64,000 nucleotides of DNA from Bacteroidales bacterium (lineage in GTDB: Bacteria > Bacteroidota > Bacteroidia > Bacteroidales > Prolixibacteraceae), in the NCBI GenBank assembly GCA_038236995.1, contig JBBRZE010000019.1, positions 2,831 to 66,830 on the forward strand, in the 5' to 3' direction. Positions 19,636 to 28,909 of this stretch are shown here, piece by piece. Within the stretch, counting starts at the first letter, position 1, and each line of letters begins with the position of its first letter. The notes beneath the pieces are model-generated. The model had not been told where the DNA came from, ran no database searches, and saw nothing but the letters and a program-made list of their open reading frames with translations. Both the position numbers and the translations under genes were made by a program.

Positions 19636-19758
19636 ATTTCAACGAAAGTAAGATTAGTCAAAGCACAAAGATATTAATACGAATATCATTAATCAAGCAT
19701 TTCGCCTTCTTTTTCATCCTACCACTAATTTTTAGAGCTGCAAAATTGCTTTTTAGCT

Positions 19759-20205
19759 TTAGAGCTCCCTATAGTCTGGTATTTCAGGTAAGAAAGTATA
19801 AGTGAGTTGAACTTGATCAAACCGGCAGCAATAATGGGTCAATCCGTTTGTAACAATCAGGTAACTGACTCTCAGATCAAGGTTATAACGGGCAATCTGA
19901 TCAAACACTTGTTGGGAAATCTTCACTTCGGGTGCCTTACATTCAACTACAACCAACGGGTTCCCTGATTTTGAAAACAACACAATATCTGTGCGGAAAT
20001 CCCGCTGATTCATCCTCAACGATCGCTCAATGGCTACAAGTGACGCCGGGTAATGCTTCTCTTCCGTAAGGTATCGGACAAAGTTTTGCCGGACCCACTC
20101 TTCGGGAGTCAGTGCTACCCATCGCCGGCGAAAACCATCAAAAATCAGCTTTTTATCAAGCTTATCCTTGATGCGAAAAGGATATTGAGGCAGATTAAGG
20201 ATCAT
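19759..20205 (-). CDS. HsdR N-terminal (PD-(D/E)xK-like) domain-only protein
   Basis: 148 aa. 'RTDIVLFSKSGNPLVVVECKAPEVK' is a nuclease-fold-like core. No helicase, methylase or specificity genes are nearby. Confidence 0.55.
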   Translation of the reverse strand: MILNLPQYPFRIKDKLDKKLIFDGFRRRWVALTPEEWVRQNFVRYLTEEKHYPASLVAIERSLRMNQRDFRTDIVLFSKSGNPLVVVECKAPEVKISQQVFDQIARYNLDLRVSYLIVTNGLTHYCCRFDQVQLTYTFLPEIPDYREL

Positions 20206-20295
20206 TGTTGATATTTAAATCACTCAAAACTAATTTTTATTTTCAATCGAACCAAAAATCTGCGAAAACCGGATAATTTTGCCTAAAATTCGGAT

Positions 20296-21066
20296 ATGAA
20301 GACAAAAGAAGAGATTGTAAGAAACTGGCTTCCCCGCTACACGGGTCGGGAACTTGAAGATTTCACTCAACACATTATTCTCACGAACTTTCAGAACTAC
20401 ATTGAAAATTTTGCCGAGAAATTTAACGTGCCGATTGTTGGTGAAGACAAATCAATGCCAAATGCCAGTGCTCATGGTATTACAATCATCAATTTTGGGA
20501 TGGGAAGTCCGAATGCCGCCACGATAATGGATCTGCTCAGTGCGATTATGCCAGAGGCAGTCCTTTTCCTTGGGAAATGTGGTGGTTTAAAGCGGAAGAG
20601 TGAACTTGGCAGTTTAATCCTGCCCATTGCAGCGATTCGAAGCGACGGTACTTCAAACGATTATCTGCCACCGGAAGTCCCTGCCCTTCCAGCTTTCAGT
20701 CTTCAACGCGCAGTTTCTTCAACAATTCGAGATCTAGGTCTCGACTACTGGACCGGCACTGTGTTCACCACCAATAAGAGAGTTTGGGAATACGACGAAC
20801 GATTTAAGAAGTACCTGAGTAAAACCCGCGCAATGGCGATCGACATGGAAACCGCAACGATTTTTACAGTGGGGTTTTGCAATCAGATTCCAACAGGTGC
20901 CTTGTTATTGGTTTCCGACCAACCTATGATCTCCACCGGGGTAAAAACGGCAGCAAGCGACAAAGAGGTGACACGAAAATATGTGAACAGACACCTCGAA
21001 GTCGGCATCGGTGCGTTAACCGAAATAATTAATGACGGCCGGTCGGTAAAACATCTGAAATTTTAA
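20296..21066 (+). CDS. AMP nucleosidase-like nucleoside phosphorylase-family protein
   Basis: 256 aa. 'LFLGKCGGLK' and 'AIDMETATIFTVG' are PNP/UDP-1 family motifs. The N-terminus 'EIVRNWLPRYTG' resembles short Bacteroidota AMP nucleosidases. Confidence 0.65.
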   Translation: MKTKEEIVRNWLPRYTGRELEDFTQHIILTNFQNYIENFAEKFNVPIVGEDKSMPNASAHGITIINFGMGSPNAATIMDLLSAIMPEAVLFLGKCGGLKRKSELGSLILPIAAIRSDGTSNDYLPPEVPALPAFSLQRAVSSTIRDLGLDYWTGTVFTTNKRVWEYDERFKKYLSKTRAMAIDMETATIFTVGFCNQIPTGALLLVSDQPMISTGVKTAASDKEVTRKYVNRHLEVGIGALTEIINDGRSVKHLKF

Positions 21067-21071
21067 TTGAT

Positions 21072-22076
21072 ATGGATTTTAATCAGATTATTGCTGATCT
21101 CAAAAATAAGAATTATTCACCAGTCTACTTCTTCGAAGGAGAAGAGCCATTTTTTATGGATCAGATCAGTGATTATATTCTCGAAAATGTACTAACCGAG
21201 GATGAAAAAGGGTTCAACCAGACCATTTTGTACGGCAAAGACCTTAGTCTCGATTCGATAATGACAGCGGCAAAACGCTTTCCGATGATGGCCGAACGGC
21301 AGGTGGTTGTAATCCGCGAAGCCCAGAATATCAAAAACATTGAAGATCTTGCACCCTATGTTGAAAAGCCAATGAGGTCAACGATCCTTGTGTTTAATTA
21401 CAAATACAAGACGATCGACAAGCGGAAGAAATTGTATAAGGCGCTTCAGAAAAACGGCGTTTACATGGAATCTAAACCATTGTACGAAAATCAGGTACCA
21501 GCATGGATTTCAAAGTATCTGAAAGAAAAAAACCTTGGAATCGATCCGCGGGCAGCCCAGATGATTACCGATTTTGTGGGAAGTGATCTCCAAAGGATCG
21601 TTAACGAACTTGAAAAAGTAACCATCTCACTGGTTCCGGGTACCAGCATTATGCCCGAAGATGTTGAGAAAAATATTGGCATCAGCAAGGAGTTTAATAC
21701 CTTTGAGCTTCAAAATGCGCTGGGAAACAAGGATATTCTGAAATCGAACAGGATCATCAACTATTTTATCGACAACGAAAAACTCCATCCGCTAACAGTA
21801 ATCATTGGAATGTTAGTTACGTATTTCCGGAAATTACTTATTTATCACTCGATTGAGAATAAGTCGGATCGCACCATCGTATCGCAAAAGCTGGGGGTGA
21901 ACCCTTTTTTCATCAGCGATTATGCCAATGCTGCCCGTAATTACAGTCTCGATAAAGCAATTCTTATCATTTCGATGATGCGCGAATACGATTTACGATC
22001 AAAAGGTGCTCGCGGTGGCACAACGAGTAACGGTGACTTGTTAAAAGAACTTGTATTTAAAATCTTACATATATAA
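21072..22076 (+). CDS. holA: DNA polymerase III delta subunit
   Basis: 334 aa. 'YSPVYFFEGEEPFFMDQI' and the overall layout are typical of HolA. Confidence 0.8.
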   Translation: MDFNQIIADLKNKNYSPVYFFEGEEPFFMDQISDYILENVLTEDEKGFNQTILYGKDLSLDSIMTAAKRFPMMAERQVVVIREAQNIKNIEDLAPYVEKPMRSTILVFNYKYKTIDKRKKLYKALQKNGVYMESKPLYENQVPAWISKYLKEKNLGIDPRAAQMITDFVGSDLQRIVNELEKVTISLVPGTSIMPEDVEKNIGISKEFNTFELQNALGNKDILKSNRIINYFIDNEKLHPLTVIIGMLVTYFRKLLIYHSIENKSDRTIVSQKLGVNPFFISDYANAARNYSLDKAILIISMMREYDLRSKGARGGTTSNGDLLKELVFKILHI

Positions 22077-22079
22077 AGA

Positions 22080-22706
22080 ATGGGAACAATTACCATAATG
22101 CTGATTCTAATTATTGTGCTGATCTCGGCTTTTGCTTTTAAGCAAAAGGACATAATGGCTCAATTGCAATTCAACGCTTATCAGATCGTTCATCGTCACC
22201 AATATTACAGGATATTAACCCACGCATTTATTCACGCCAACTGGGAACACCTGATCGTAAATATGATTGTGCTATTTTCGTTTGGCACCCTGGTTGAGCG
22301 CTATTTTCAAATGTACTTTGGAACAATCGGGATGTACTATTACCTGATCCTGTTTTTCGGATCTGTGATTTTTTCAAGTCTTTTGTCGCTTTACAAACAA
22401 CGAAACAATCCAAATTACAATGCAATAGGTGCATCGGGTGCGGTATCTGCAATCCTTTTCACTGCAATCTTTTTTAATCCGTGGAGCAACATCTATTTTT
22501 TCGGAATTTTACCCATACCAGGTATCATCTTTGGCGGACTTTATCTCTATTACTCCTATTACATGAGCACAAAAAAATCGGACAATATTGGTCATGATGC
22601 CCATTTCCTGGGAGCAGTATTTGGATTCTTCTTTCCTGTCATCCTGCAACCTTCGTTGTTCATGGATTTCATTAAAGTTCTTTTTGATGGGGGAACAGGT
22701 CAGTAA
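22080..22706 (+). CDS. Rhomboid-family intramembrane serine protease
   Basis: 208 aa, six TM segments. 'HANWEHLIVNM', catalytic 'GASGAVSAILF', and a downstream 'AHFLGAVFG'. Confidence 0.8.
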   Translation: MGTITIMLILIIVLISAFAFKQKDIMAQLQFNAYQIVHRHQYYRILTHAFIHANWEHLIVNMIVLFSFGTLVERYFQMYFGTIGMYYYLILFFGSVIFSSLLSLYKQRNNPNYNAIGASGAVSAILFTAIFFNPWSNIYFFGILPIPGIIFGGLYLYYSYYMSTKKSDNIGHDAHFLGAVFGFFFPVILQPSLFMDFIKVLFDGGTGQ

Positions 22707-22750
22707 TTGTAAGTATATTAGATTTGAATGGCAAACGAATAACCTGAAAA

Positions 22751-23596
22751 GTGAAAGGCGGCTATATTCTCTACAATGGTAAGTTCTATCGCGAAGGAGA
22801 TCCCTTGTTTACAGGAGCAGACCTTTACCGACTGAATACCGGCATCCGGGAGTCGTTCAGAACAGAGAATAACCTGATCATGTTTGCGGAAGACAACTTC
22901 AATTATTTGATTAATTCGTTGTTATCCATCGGTCTGCCCATTCCGCAAGACTGGGACCTTCCCCGTTTCATGCGTGATGTTTCACGATTGCTGAATAAAA
23001 ACCATTTCTTTCTCGCCGCAAAGGTGGTCATTCATTTAATTCCCGGAACTTCTGGAACCGACTATTTGTTGACTGCCGAAGAAGTACCAGTTGGGTTTTA
23101 TCCAATTAACGAAACAGGATTGTTAATTGACTTTTACAATGAAGGGACAAAAGCCCCCTCGATCTATCATTCTTATGAACCATCAAGCCGGTTTCTGTGG
23201 ATTGCAGCAACCCGGACAGCAATCTCAAATGCAAAGAATAATCTGATTCTCTCGAATAACGAAGGTTTTGCCTGCGAATCAATCGGGGGAACATTTGGTT
23301 ACTTAATTGACGGAACAGCGGTGTTCCCTGCTCCAGAAGCACAAGGTTACAGTCCCCCAATACTTGGAGTTGTAATGGAATGCGCCGAACAGTTCGGCTT
23401 TGAAATCATCGAAAAGAAAGAGATCAGCCACGAGGATCTTCTGCAAGCCGATGAATTGTTTTTAATCGACAATTGTTTAGGAATCCAACTGGTTTTAGGA
23501 CTCAATTCCAGAAGATACTACACAACCGGAACAATCAATATTGCGGTGAGATTAAGCGAAATGGCAAAGGAAGAACATCTTAAGACTGGAAATTGA
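22751..23596 (+). CDS. Aminotransferase class IV / aminodeoxychorismate-lyase-like protein
   Basis: 281 aa with a GTG start. Weak resemblance to fold-type IV PLP proteins ('ELFLIDNCLGIQLV'). Assigned from memory only. Confidence 0.5.
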   Translation: MKGGYILYNGKFYREGDPLFTGADLYRLNTGIRESFRTENNLIMFAEDNFNYLINSLLSIGLPIPQDWDLPRFMRDVSRLLNKNHFFLAAKVVIHLIPGTSGTDYLLTAEEVPVGFYPINETGLLIDFYNEGTKAPSIYHSYEPSSRFLWIAATRTAISNAKNNLILSNNEGFACESIGGTFGYLIDGTAVFPAPEAQGYSPPILGVVMECAEQFGFEIIEKKEISHEDLLQADELFLIDNCLGIQLVLGLNSRRYYTTGTINIAVRLSEMAKEEHLKTGN

Positions 23597-23630
23597 GAAT
23601 CAGGAAAAATATATCAGGTGCTATTTCTAT

Positions 23631-24215
23631 TTAATTTGAATTCGGATCTTCAGGGAAATTGCGCCACGTTTTGTAGTGCCCGCCCGCCTTTATCACACTT
23701 TCAACCCAAAAATTCTGGTCGCTTTTCAACACTTGTTTTACATCGGCTTCGGTAACCAGCCATGAATTCTCTGTAATCTCATCGTCAAGTTGTCCTGCGC
23801 TCCATCCCGAATATCCCACAAAAAATTTAATCTGATTGGGTTCCACCTTCCCTGCAGCGATTACCGATTTCAATTCTTCAAAGTCTCCGCCCCAGTATAA
23901 TTCATCCTTAACCCTGGTACTCCCGGGAATCATATCTCCCAACGTGTGGATATAAAACAAGCTATCGTTGCCTACGGGTCCGCCAACGAAGACCTCAGGC
24001 GTATAATCAGGAAAATCAGCAAACAATTCAGTGATTGGTGTTTCGAATGGTTTATTCAGGATAAACCCTACAGCTCCTTTGGAAGAATAATCGACTAGCA
24101 AAACGGTGGAACGACTAAAATAATTTCCCGGCAAAAATGGTTCGGATATGATAATACGACCCTTTTGCGGGGCGATCTTGCTGTGTATTTTGAAAAAATC
24201 GAAATCGACTTTCAT
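23631..24215 (-). CDS. YqgE/AlgH-family (UPF0301) protein
   Basis: 194 aa. 'GRIIISEPFL..NYFSRSTVLLVDYS.KGAVGFILNKP' and 'FVGYSGWSAGQLDDEI' are typical of this family. Confidence 0.75.
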   Translation of the reverse strand: MKVDFDFFKIHSKIAPQKGRIIISEPFLPGNYFSRSTVLLVDYSSKGAVGFILNKPFETPITELFADFPDYTPEVFVGGPVGNDSLFYIHTLGDMIPGSTRVKDELYWGGDFEELKSVIAAGKVEPNQIKFFVGYSGWSAGQLDDEITENSWLVTEADVKQVLKSDQNFWVESVIKAGGHYKTWRNFPEDPNSN

Positions 24216-24379
24216 AGCGTTCAGGTTTTTAAAGATTACAAATTCGCTAGTTCCCTAATTATCAATTCCCTGTTTAAAACCAGATGATTTATACCTTAAA
24301 CGTTTTAAAGATGCTATTGGTTTTAAATAAGTTGCAGAAAACGCAACAACTTCTGATAAATTATCTTTTAAGTCAAACC

Positions 24380-24685
24380 TTAGTCCTTTTCGATGACCAC
24401 AAATATATCTTCGTTCTTTTTCTTCATTAAAAACTGCTCACGTGCAAATTTTTCAAGATTCTTTGAACTTGTCTGAAGTTCTTTAAGGCGATCGCTGTCC
24501 GCCATAATCTTTTCCTTGTAATACGTACTTTCAACCCTGTACCTCTTCAGTTTGTTAAGGTTCTGACGAAGAAACAGGATGTTGTGATCGTCGAGAAAGA
24601 TCATCCAAACGCTAAAAGCCAAAAACGCGAACAGGTATTTGTTCGTGATGGTTTTAAAGAGAGCTTTTGGAATAATCGGTTTCAT
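24380..24685 (-). CDS. Septum-formation initiator (FtsB/DivIC-like) protein
   Basis: 101 aa with one N-terminal TM segment followed by a coiled coil. Size and layout fit FtsB/DivIC. Confidence 0.5.
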   Translation of the reverse strand: MKPIIPKALFKTITNKYLFAFLAFSVWMIFLDDHNILFLRQNLNKLKRYRVESTYYKEKIMADSDRLKELQTSSKNLEKFAREQFLMKKKNEDIFVVIEKD

Positions 24686-24730
24686 GTAAATTCAAATATA
24701 AAATACAAATTAACGGAATCCTCATCAAAT

Positions 24731-24758
24731 TAAAAAGGGGAACCTGTTAAAGTTCCCC
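24731..24758 (-). terminator. Rho-independent terminator after pruA
   Basis: GGGGAAC-n8-GTTCCCC with T runs on both sides. On the minus strand the stem is followed by TTTTTAATTT. Confidence 0.65.
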
Positions 24759-24791
24759 CAATTTTTTTATCAACCTGATAGTCAGTTCGCA

Positions 24792-26465
24792 TCAATCATT
24801 ATCCGGAAAGAAATTTGGATACATAAAGTCAGTTGCTGAAACAAAAGTCTCTTTTATCGTACGGATTGAAACCCAACGAAGCATGTTGAAAACCGAACCT
24901 GCTTTATCATTTGTTCCCGATCCCCTGGCTCCGCCAAAAGGTTGCTGCCCAACAACTGCACCGGTTGGCTTATCGTTGATGTAAAAATTACCGGCCGCAT
25001 TACTCAGTCGTTTTGCCATCTTTTCGATCGAATAACGATCCTGCGAAAAGATTGCACCTGTAAGGGCATAAGCAGATGTTGTATCAAGCAGTGTCAGGGT
25101 TTCATCCATCATTGCATCATCGTAAACAAAAATGGTAACAACCGGACCAAAAAGCTCCTCTTTCATTGTGACATAGTCGGCTTTCTTCGCCTGAATAACG
25201 GTAGGCTGGACAAAATATCCGATTGATTTATCGCAATTACCGCCATAGATCACCTCTGCATCTTCATCTGCGCGGGCCCTGTCAATAAACCCTTTCAGCT
25301 TATCGAACGATGCCTCATCAATAACCGCATTCACAAAATTGGTGAAATCTTCGGGTGGTCCCATTTTCAACCGCTTCATTTGAGAAAGAGCGGCAGCCCA
25401 TGTTTCTGCCCAGATGGAAGCAGGAACATAAACCCTTGATGCTGCGGAACATTTTTGTCCCTGATATTCGAAGGAACCACGGACAATAGCCGTAGCAAGC
25501 GCCTGGGTATTAGCTGTAGGATCAGCAAAAATAAAATCTTTGCCTCCTGTCTCTCCTACGATCCTTGGGTATGATTTAAACCTGAAGATATTTGCACCGA
25601 TCGTTTTCCAGATGTCCTGAAATACGCCAGTTGATCCTGTAAAATGGATACCGGCAAAATCGGGATGACTGAAAATTATTTTACCTGCTGCAGGTCCCGA
25701 TACGTAAACAAGGTTGATTACACCGTCAGGCAAGCCAGCTTCTTTTAATATTTCCATGATGACTGCCGCTGAATAAACTGCTGTCTTGGCACATTTCCAG
25801 ACGCAAACATTTCCCATCATGACCGGTGCAACCGGCAAATTACCGGCGATAGAGGTGAAATTAAACGGCGTCAACGCAAAAACAAATCCTTCAAGCGGGC
25901 GGAATTCGTTGTAATTCCACATACCCGGATTTGACTCTGGCTGCATTCCGTATATCTCGGTCATACACCTCACTCCATAACGATAGAAATCGGCAAGTTC
26001 GCAAGCAGCGTCAATCTCAGCCTGGTAGGCATTCTTCGATTGACAAAGCATTGTTGCCGCATTGAGTTTAGCACGGTAAGATCCGGCAAGAAGATCGGCT
26101 GCCTTTAAAAATATAGCTGCCCTGTGGTGCCATTCGAGGTCAGCCCATGCGGTACGGGCCGCCAAAGCCGCATCGATTGCCTGAACAACATGCGATTCGT
26201 CGCCCTGGTAAAAATAGCCAAGCAGATGCCTGATATCATGTGGCGGATGTATTTCAATTTTATTGGAAGTTTTCACCTCTTTCCCACCAATGTACATGGG
26301 AAGTTCAACCACCTTTGACCGCATTTCTGCAATCGTCGCCTTGAGTTCAACTCTTTCGGCAGAACCGGGCTTGTAACTCTTTACAGGCTCATTCTGAGGA
26401 ACCGGGACATTATAAAAACCTTTTGTCATAGCAATTGGAGATTTGATATTATTCAGCAAATCCAC
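24792..26465 (-). CDS. pruA: L-glutamate gamma-semialdehyde (1-pyrroline-5-carboxylate) dehydrogenase
   Basis: Aldehyde dehydrogenase motifs 'VGETGGKDF' and 'FEYQGQKCSAASRVYV'. The N-terminus 'MTKGFYNVPVPQNEPV' is typical, so the true start is probably the ATG at 26429 rather than 26465. Confidence 0.85.
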   Translation of the reverse strand: MDLLNNIKSPIAMTKGFYNVPVPQNEPVKSYKPGSAERVELKATIAEMRSKVVELPMYIGGKEVKTSNKIEIHPPHDIRHLLGYFYQGDESHVVQAIDAALAARTAWADLEWHHRAAIFLKAADLLAGSYRAKLNAATMLCQSKNAYQAEIDAACELADFYRYGVRCMTEIYGMQPESNPGMWNYNEFRPLEGFVFALTPFNFTSIAGNLPVAPVMMGNVCVWKCAKTAVYSAAVIMEILKEAGLPDGVINLVYVSGPAAGKIIFSHPDFAGIHFTGSTGVFQDIWKTIGANIFRFKSYPRIVGETGGKDFIFADPTANTQALATAIVRGSFEYQGQKCSAASRVYVPASIWAETWAAALSQMKRLKMGPPEDFTNFVNAVIDEASFDKLKGFIDRARADEDAEVIYGGNCDKSIGYFVQPTVIQAKKADYVTMKEELFGPVVTIFVYDDAMMDETLTLLDTTSAYALTGAIFSQDRYSIEKMAKRLSNAAGNFYINDKPTGAVVGQQPFGGARGSGTNDKAGSVFNMLRWVSIRTIKETFVSATDFMYPNFFPDND

Positions 26466-26560
26466 TTTTCGAATCCAGCTGTTTCAACGGCAAAGCTATG
26501 GGTTCGACGCGACAATTTTGCTAATAAATATCAGCTTTTGCAGGACGCCAAACTCAACAT

Positions 26561-26970
26561 CTAATAACTTATGGGATTTACTATATAACTTCTTGAAAAA
26601 GTGAAATATCTATAGTTAAATACCAAATAACTTCAGGAATATATGAAATATCTATAGTTATTTAGCAAATGTCTTCATGAAAAAAGAAAACATCTTATGT
26701 TTTTTACAAGTTAACTTCAGGTAAAAAGAAAACATCTTAAGTTATTTACCAAATATCTTAAGTAAAAAAGAAAACATCTTAAGTTATTTACCAAATATCT
26801 TAAGGATATAGTGAAATATATATAGTTATTTAGCAAATAACTTCAGTAAAAAAGAAAACATCTTAAGTTATTTACAAGATAACTTCAGGAAAATGAAAAA
26901 CATCTTAAGTTATTTACCAAATAACTTAAGGAAAAAAGAAAACATCCCGAGTTATTGGAGGCTATTGAGG
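26561..26970. repeat. Tandem array of about 9 AT-rich 42-bp units, each with a palindromic core (AAGTTATTT-n3-AAATAACTT)
   Basis: Anchors TATAG/TTAAG fall at 26611, 26653, 26695, 26737, 26779, 26821, 26863, 26905 and 26947, exactly 42 bp apart. A perfect 12+3+12 dyad lies at 26904-26930. Confidence 0.95.
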
Positions 26971-27186
26971 CTATTCATGCAACTGTGTCTGCAAGTAATA
27001 ACGATTAAATTTGCAGACGATGGAAAGGAAGGAAGAAATGGAAGAATTCAGTTTTGAAGAATTCGAGAAATCAGCGATCAATGTGAAATACATCACTGTA
27101 TATACCGAATGTACCATGGAAAAAGGGAATTGCCTGTTGACACCGAATTTGAGACTCATTTAAAGTTCAATATTGCATGAAAAATT

Positions 27187-27966
27187 TTAGATTTCGGGGA
27201 AATAACCTGAACACTCTTTTAATGTTCCAAACCGGTATTCTTTCTGTTTGAAATAATCAATTACATCACCCAATCTTTCAACTAATTTAATTCCCGAGTT
27301 TCGGACAATGTAGGACGGCAATTTCACTTCGGGAGCAGAAAGATCGACAAACTCCCATGGGTGGAAATAGACATTTAAATATCCATCTTTTTTGATTGCA
27401 CCCAAACACATCCGTTTGTAAATATTCAAGGGGAAATTATGCAGCGATAACCAAAACAATGGTATTCTGAATTTTGAAGAAACGGAAGCAGGGATCTGAC
27501 AGAGTGGACCTTCGTAGAAAATGCGGCGTGGCTTGGCCAGGTTGTAGTATTTCCCGGGCAAAAAAGTAGGGTTTAACGAAGAGTTATATTGATATCCTGC
27601 TTCTATAATAGGATTTGATTCAATTGGCATCATGTTAGGCATACGAAATCCGTAAACCGTTGTCCCGGTCAATCGCTCCAAAACTTCTTTTGATTCCTGA
27701 AGGTGTTTTATTTCGAATGTTGCATGGTAATAGCCGTGCGATGCCACTTCATGTCCTTCATTTACCATTCGTCCGATTAAATCGGAGGCATTGATGGCAA
27801 AGTTTGCAGTACAAAAAAAAGTAGCTTTCACATCCTTTTGCAAAAGCAAATCAAGGATGCGCACCGTCCCAATTTTTGAAACCGCCATTTGCTGCTCAAA
27901 GCTGAGTGTCTTTGTATAGGGAAGCGGGTTGTCGAATTCTTCGATATCAAAACTTAAAAAAATCAT
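27187..27966 (-). CDS. Polysaccharide deacetylase (NodB-homology, ArnD/LgmC-like) family protein
   Basis: 259 aa. 'LSFDIEEF', 'VKATFFCTANF' and 'GHEVASHGYYH' are NodB-type motifs. Confidence 0.7.
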   Translation of the reverse strand: MIFLSFDIEEFDNPLPYTKTLSFEQQMAVSKIGTVRILDLLLQKDVKATFFCTANFAINASDLIGRMVNEGHEVASHGYYHATFEIKHLQESKEVLERLTGTTVYGFRMPNMMPIESNPIIEAGYQYNSSLNPTFLPGKYYNLAKPRRIFYEGPLCQIPASVSSKFRIPLFWLSLHNFPLNIYKRMCLGAIKKDGYLNVYFHPWEFVDLSAPEVKLPSYIVRNSGIKLVERLGDVIDYFKQKEYRFGTLKECSGYFPEI

Positions 27967-27970
27967 ACAA

Positions 27971-28909
27971 CTATTTGGTTTTTAGATTCGTCGACTTTAT
28001 AATATACACTGGCCGGTCTTTAACCTGCATGAACATTTTTCCGATGTAAATTCCAATAATCCCTAAAACACAAAGTTGCAACCCGGAAAAGAACACGACT
28101 GTTAATATTACAGAACCCCAACCATAAGCATAATGTCCTGAATAATAGTAAGACCAAATTACGTAGGGAAGATATAAGAAGGAAAGCAATGAAAGACTAA
28201 ATCCAAGGTAAACAGCGAGGTAAAGCGGACGAATACTTAACGAAGTAATTCCATTAAAGGCAAAATGCACCATCTTACGAAAAGTATATTTGCTTTGTCC
28301 ATATTGCCGGTCATCGGGATGGTAGTCGATGGCAATTTGTTTAAATCCGATCCATTTAATCAGTCCCCGGATAAACAAATCATTTTCTCTAAACCGGGAA
28401 AATACCTCCGCTACCCGCCTGTCGATCAATCTGAAATCAGAGGATCCTTTTTCAATTTTAATATCAGACAACCAGCTTACAATAGCGTAAAACACATTTG
28501 ATGTTTTACGCTTCAGATAGGAGAGATTTTCGCTCTCTGCCCGTCGTGTGCAAACAACATCAAAACCTTGTTCCCACTTATCAAGCAATTTGCATATCAG
28601 TTCGGGTGGATGCTGAAGATCACAATCCATCGATATGATGCAATCACCACTGGCCCTATCCAAACCGGCCTTCAACGCATTCTGATGTCCAAAGTTCCGG
28701 GACAGTTCGATGTAGAATATTCCGTTGTTACGACTTTGAAGGCTTTCAATTTCCTTCAAAGTGTCGTCAGTGCTTCCATCATCGACAAAGATAACTTCAA
28801 GGTCGTATCGGTCATATGGAAAACAGGAATTGATCCGCTCATTGATGATATCGATATTTCCCGCTTCGTTGTGTGCAGGAAGTACAATTGAAACAAGTTT
28901 CTTTTTCAT
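27971..28909 (-). CDS. GT2 polyprenyl-phosphate glycosyltransferase (ArnC/GtrB/DPM1-like) with two C-terminal TM helices
   Basis: 312 aa. 'VSIVLPAHNEAGNI', 'FVDDGSTDDT' and 'MDCDLQHPPE', plus a C-terminal hydrophobic pair. Confidence 0.8.
   Translation of the reverse strand: MKKKLVSIVLPAHNEAGNIDIINERINSCFPYDRYDLEVIFVDDGSTDDTLKEIESLQSRNNGIFYIELSRNFGHQNALKAGLDRASGDCIISMDCDLQHPPELICKLLDKWEQGFDVVCTRRAESENLSYLKRKTSNVFYAIVSWLSDIKIEKGSSDFRLIDRRVAEVFSRFRENDLFIRGLIKWIGFKQIAIDYHPDDRQYGQSKYTFRKMVHFAFNGITSLSIRPLYLAVYLGFSLSLLSFLYLPYVIWSYYYSGHYAYGWGSVILTVVFFSGLQLCVLGIIGIYIGKMFMQVKDRPVYIIKSTNLKTK

Noticed and set aside
26501-26507. GGTTCGA T-loop-like motif suggesting a tRNA upstream of pruA
   Set aside because: No acceptor, D-arm or anticodon-arm pairing can be built around it, so it is an isolated 7-mer.
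26561-26970. Possible CRISPR array or MITE cluster
   Set aside because: This is again a head-to-tail 42-bp unit with no spacers. I saw no terminal inverted repeats or target-site duplications flanking the block, and no other copy in the window.
26971-27159. 62-aa minus-strand ORF downstream of the deacetylase gene
   Set aside because: It is low-complexity and S/F-rich with no family resemblance, and it overlaps an equally plausible plus-strand small ORF. Neither can be supported from sequence alone.
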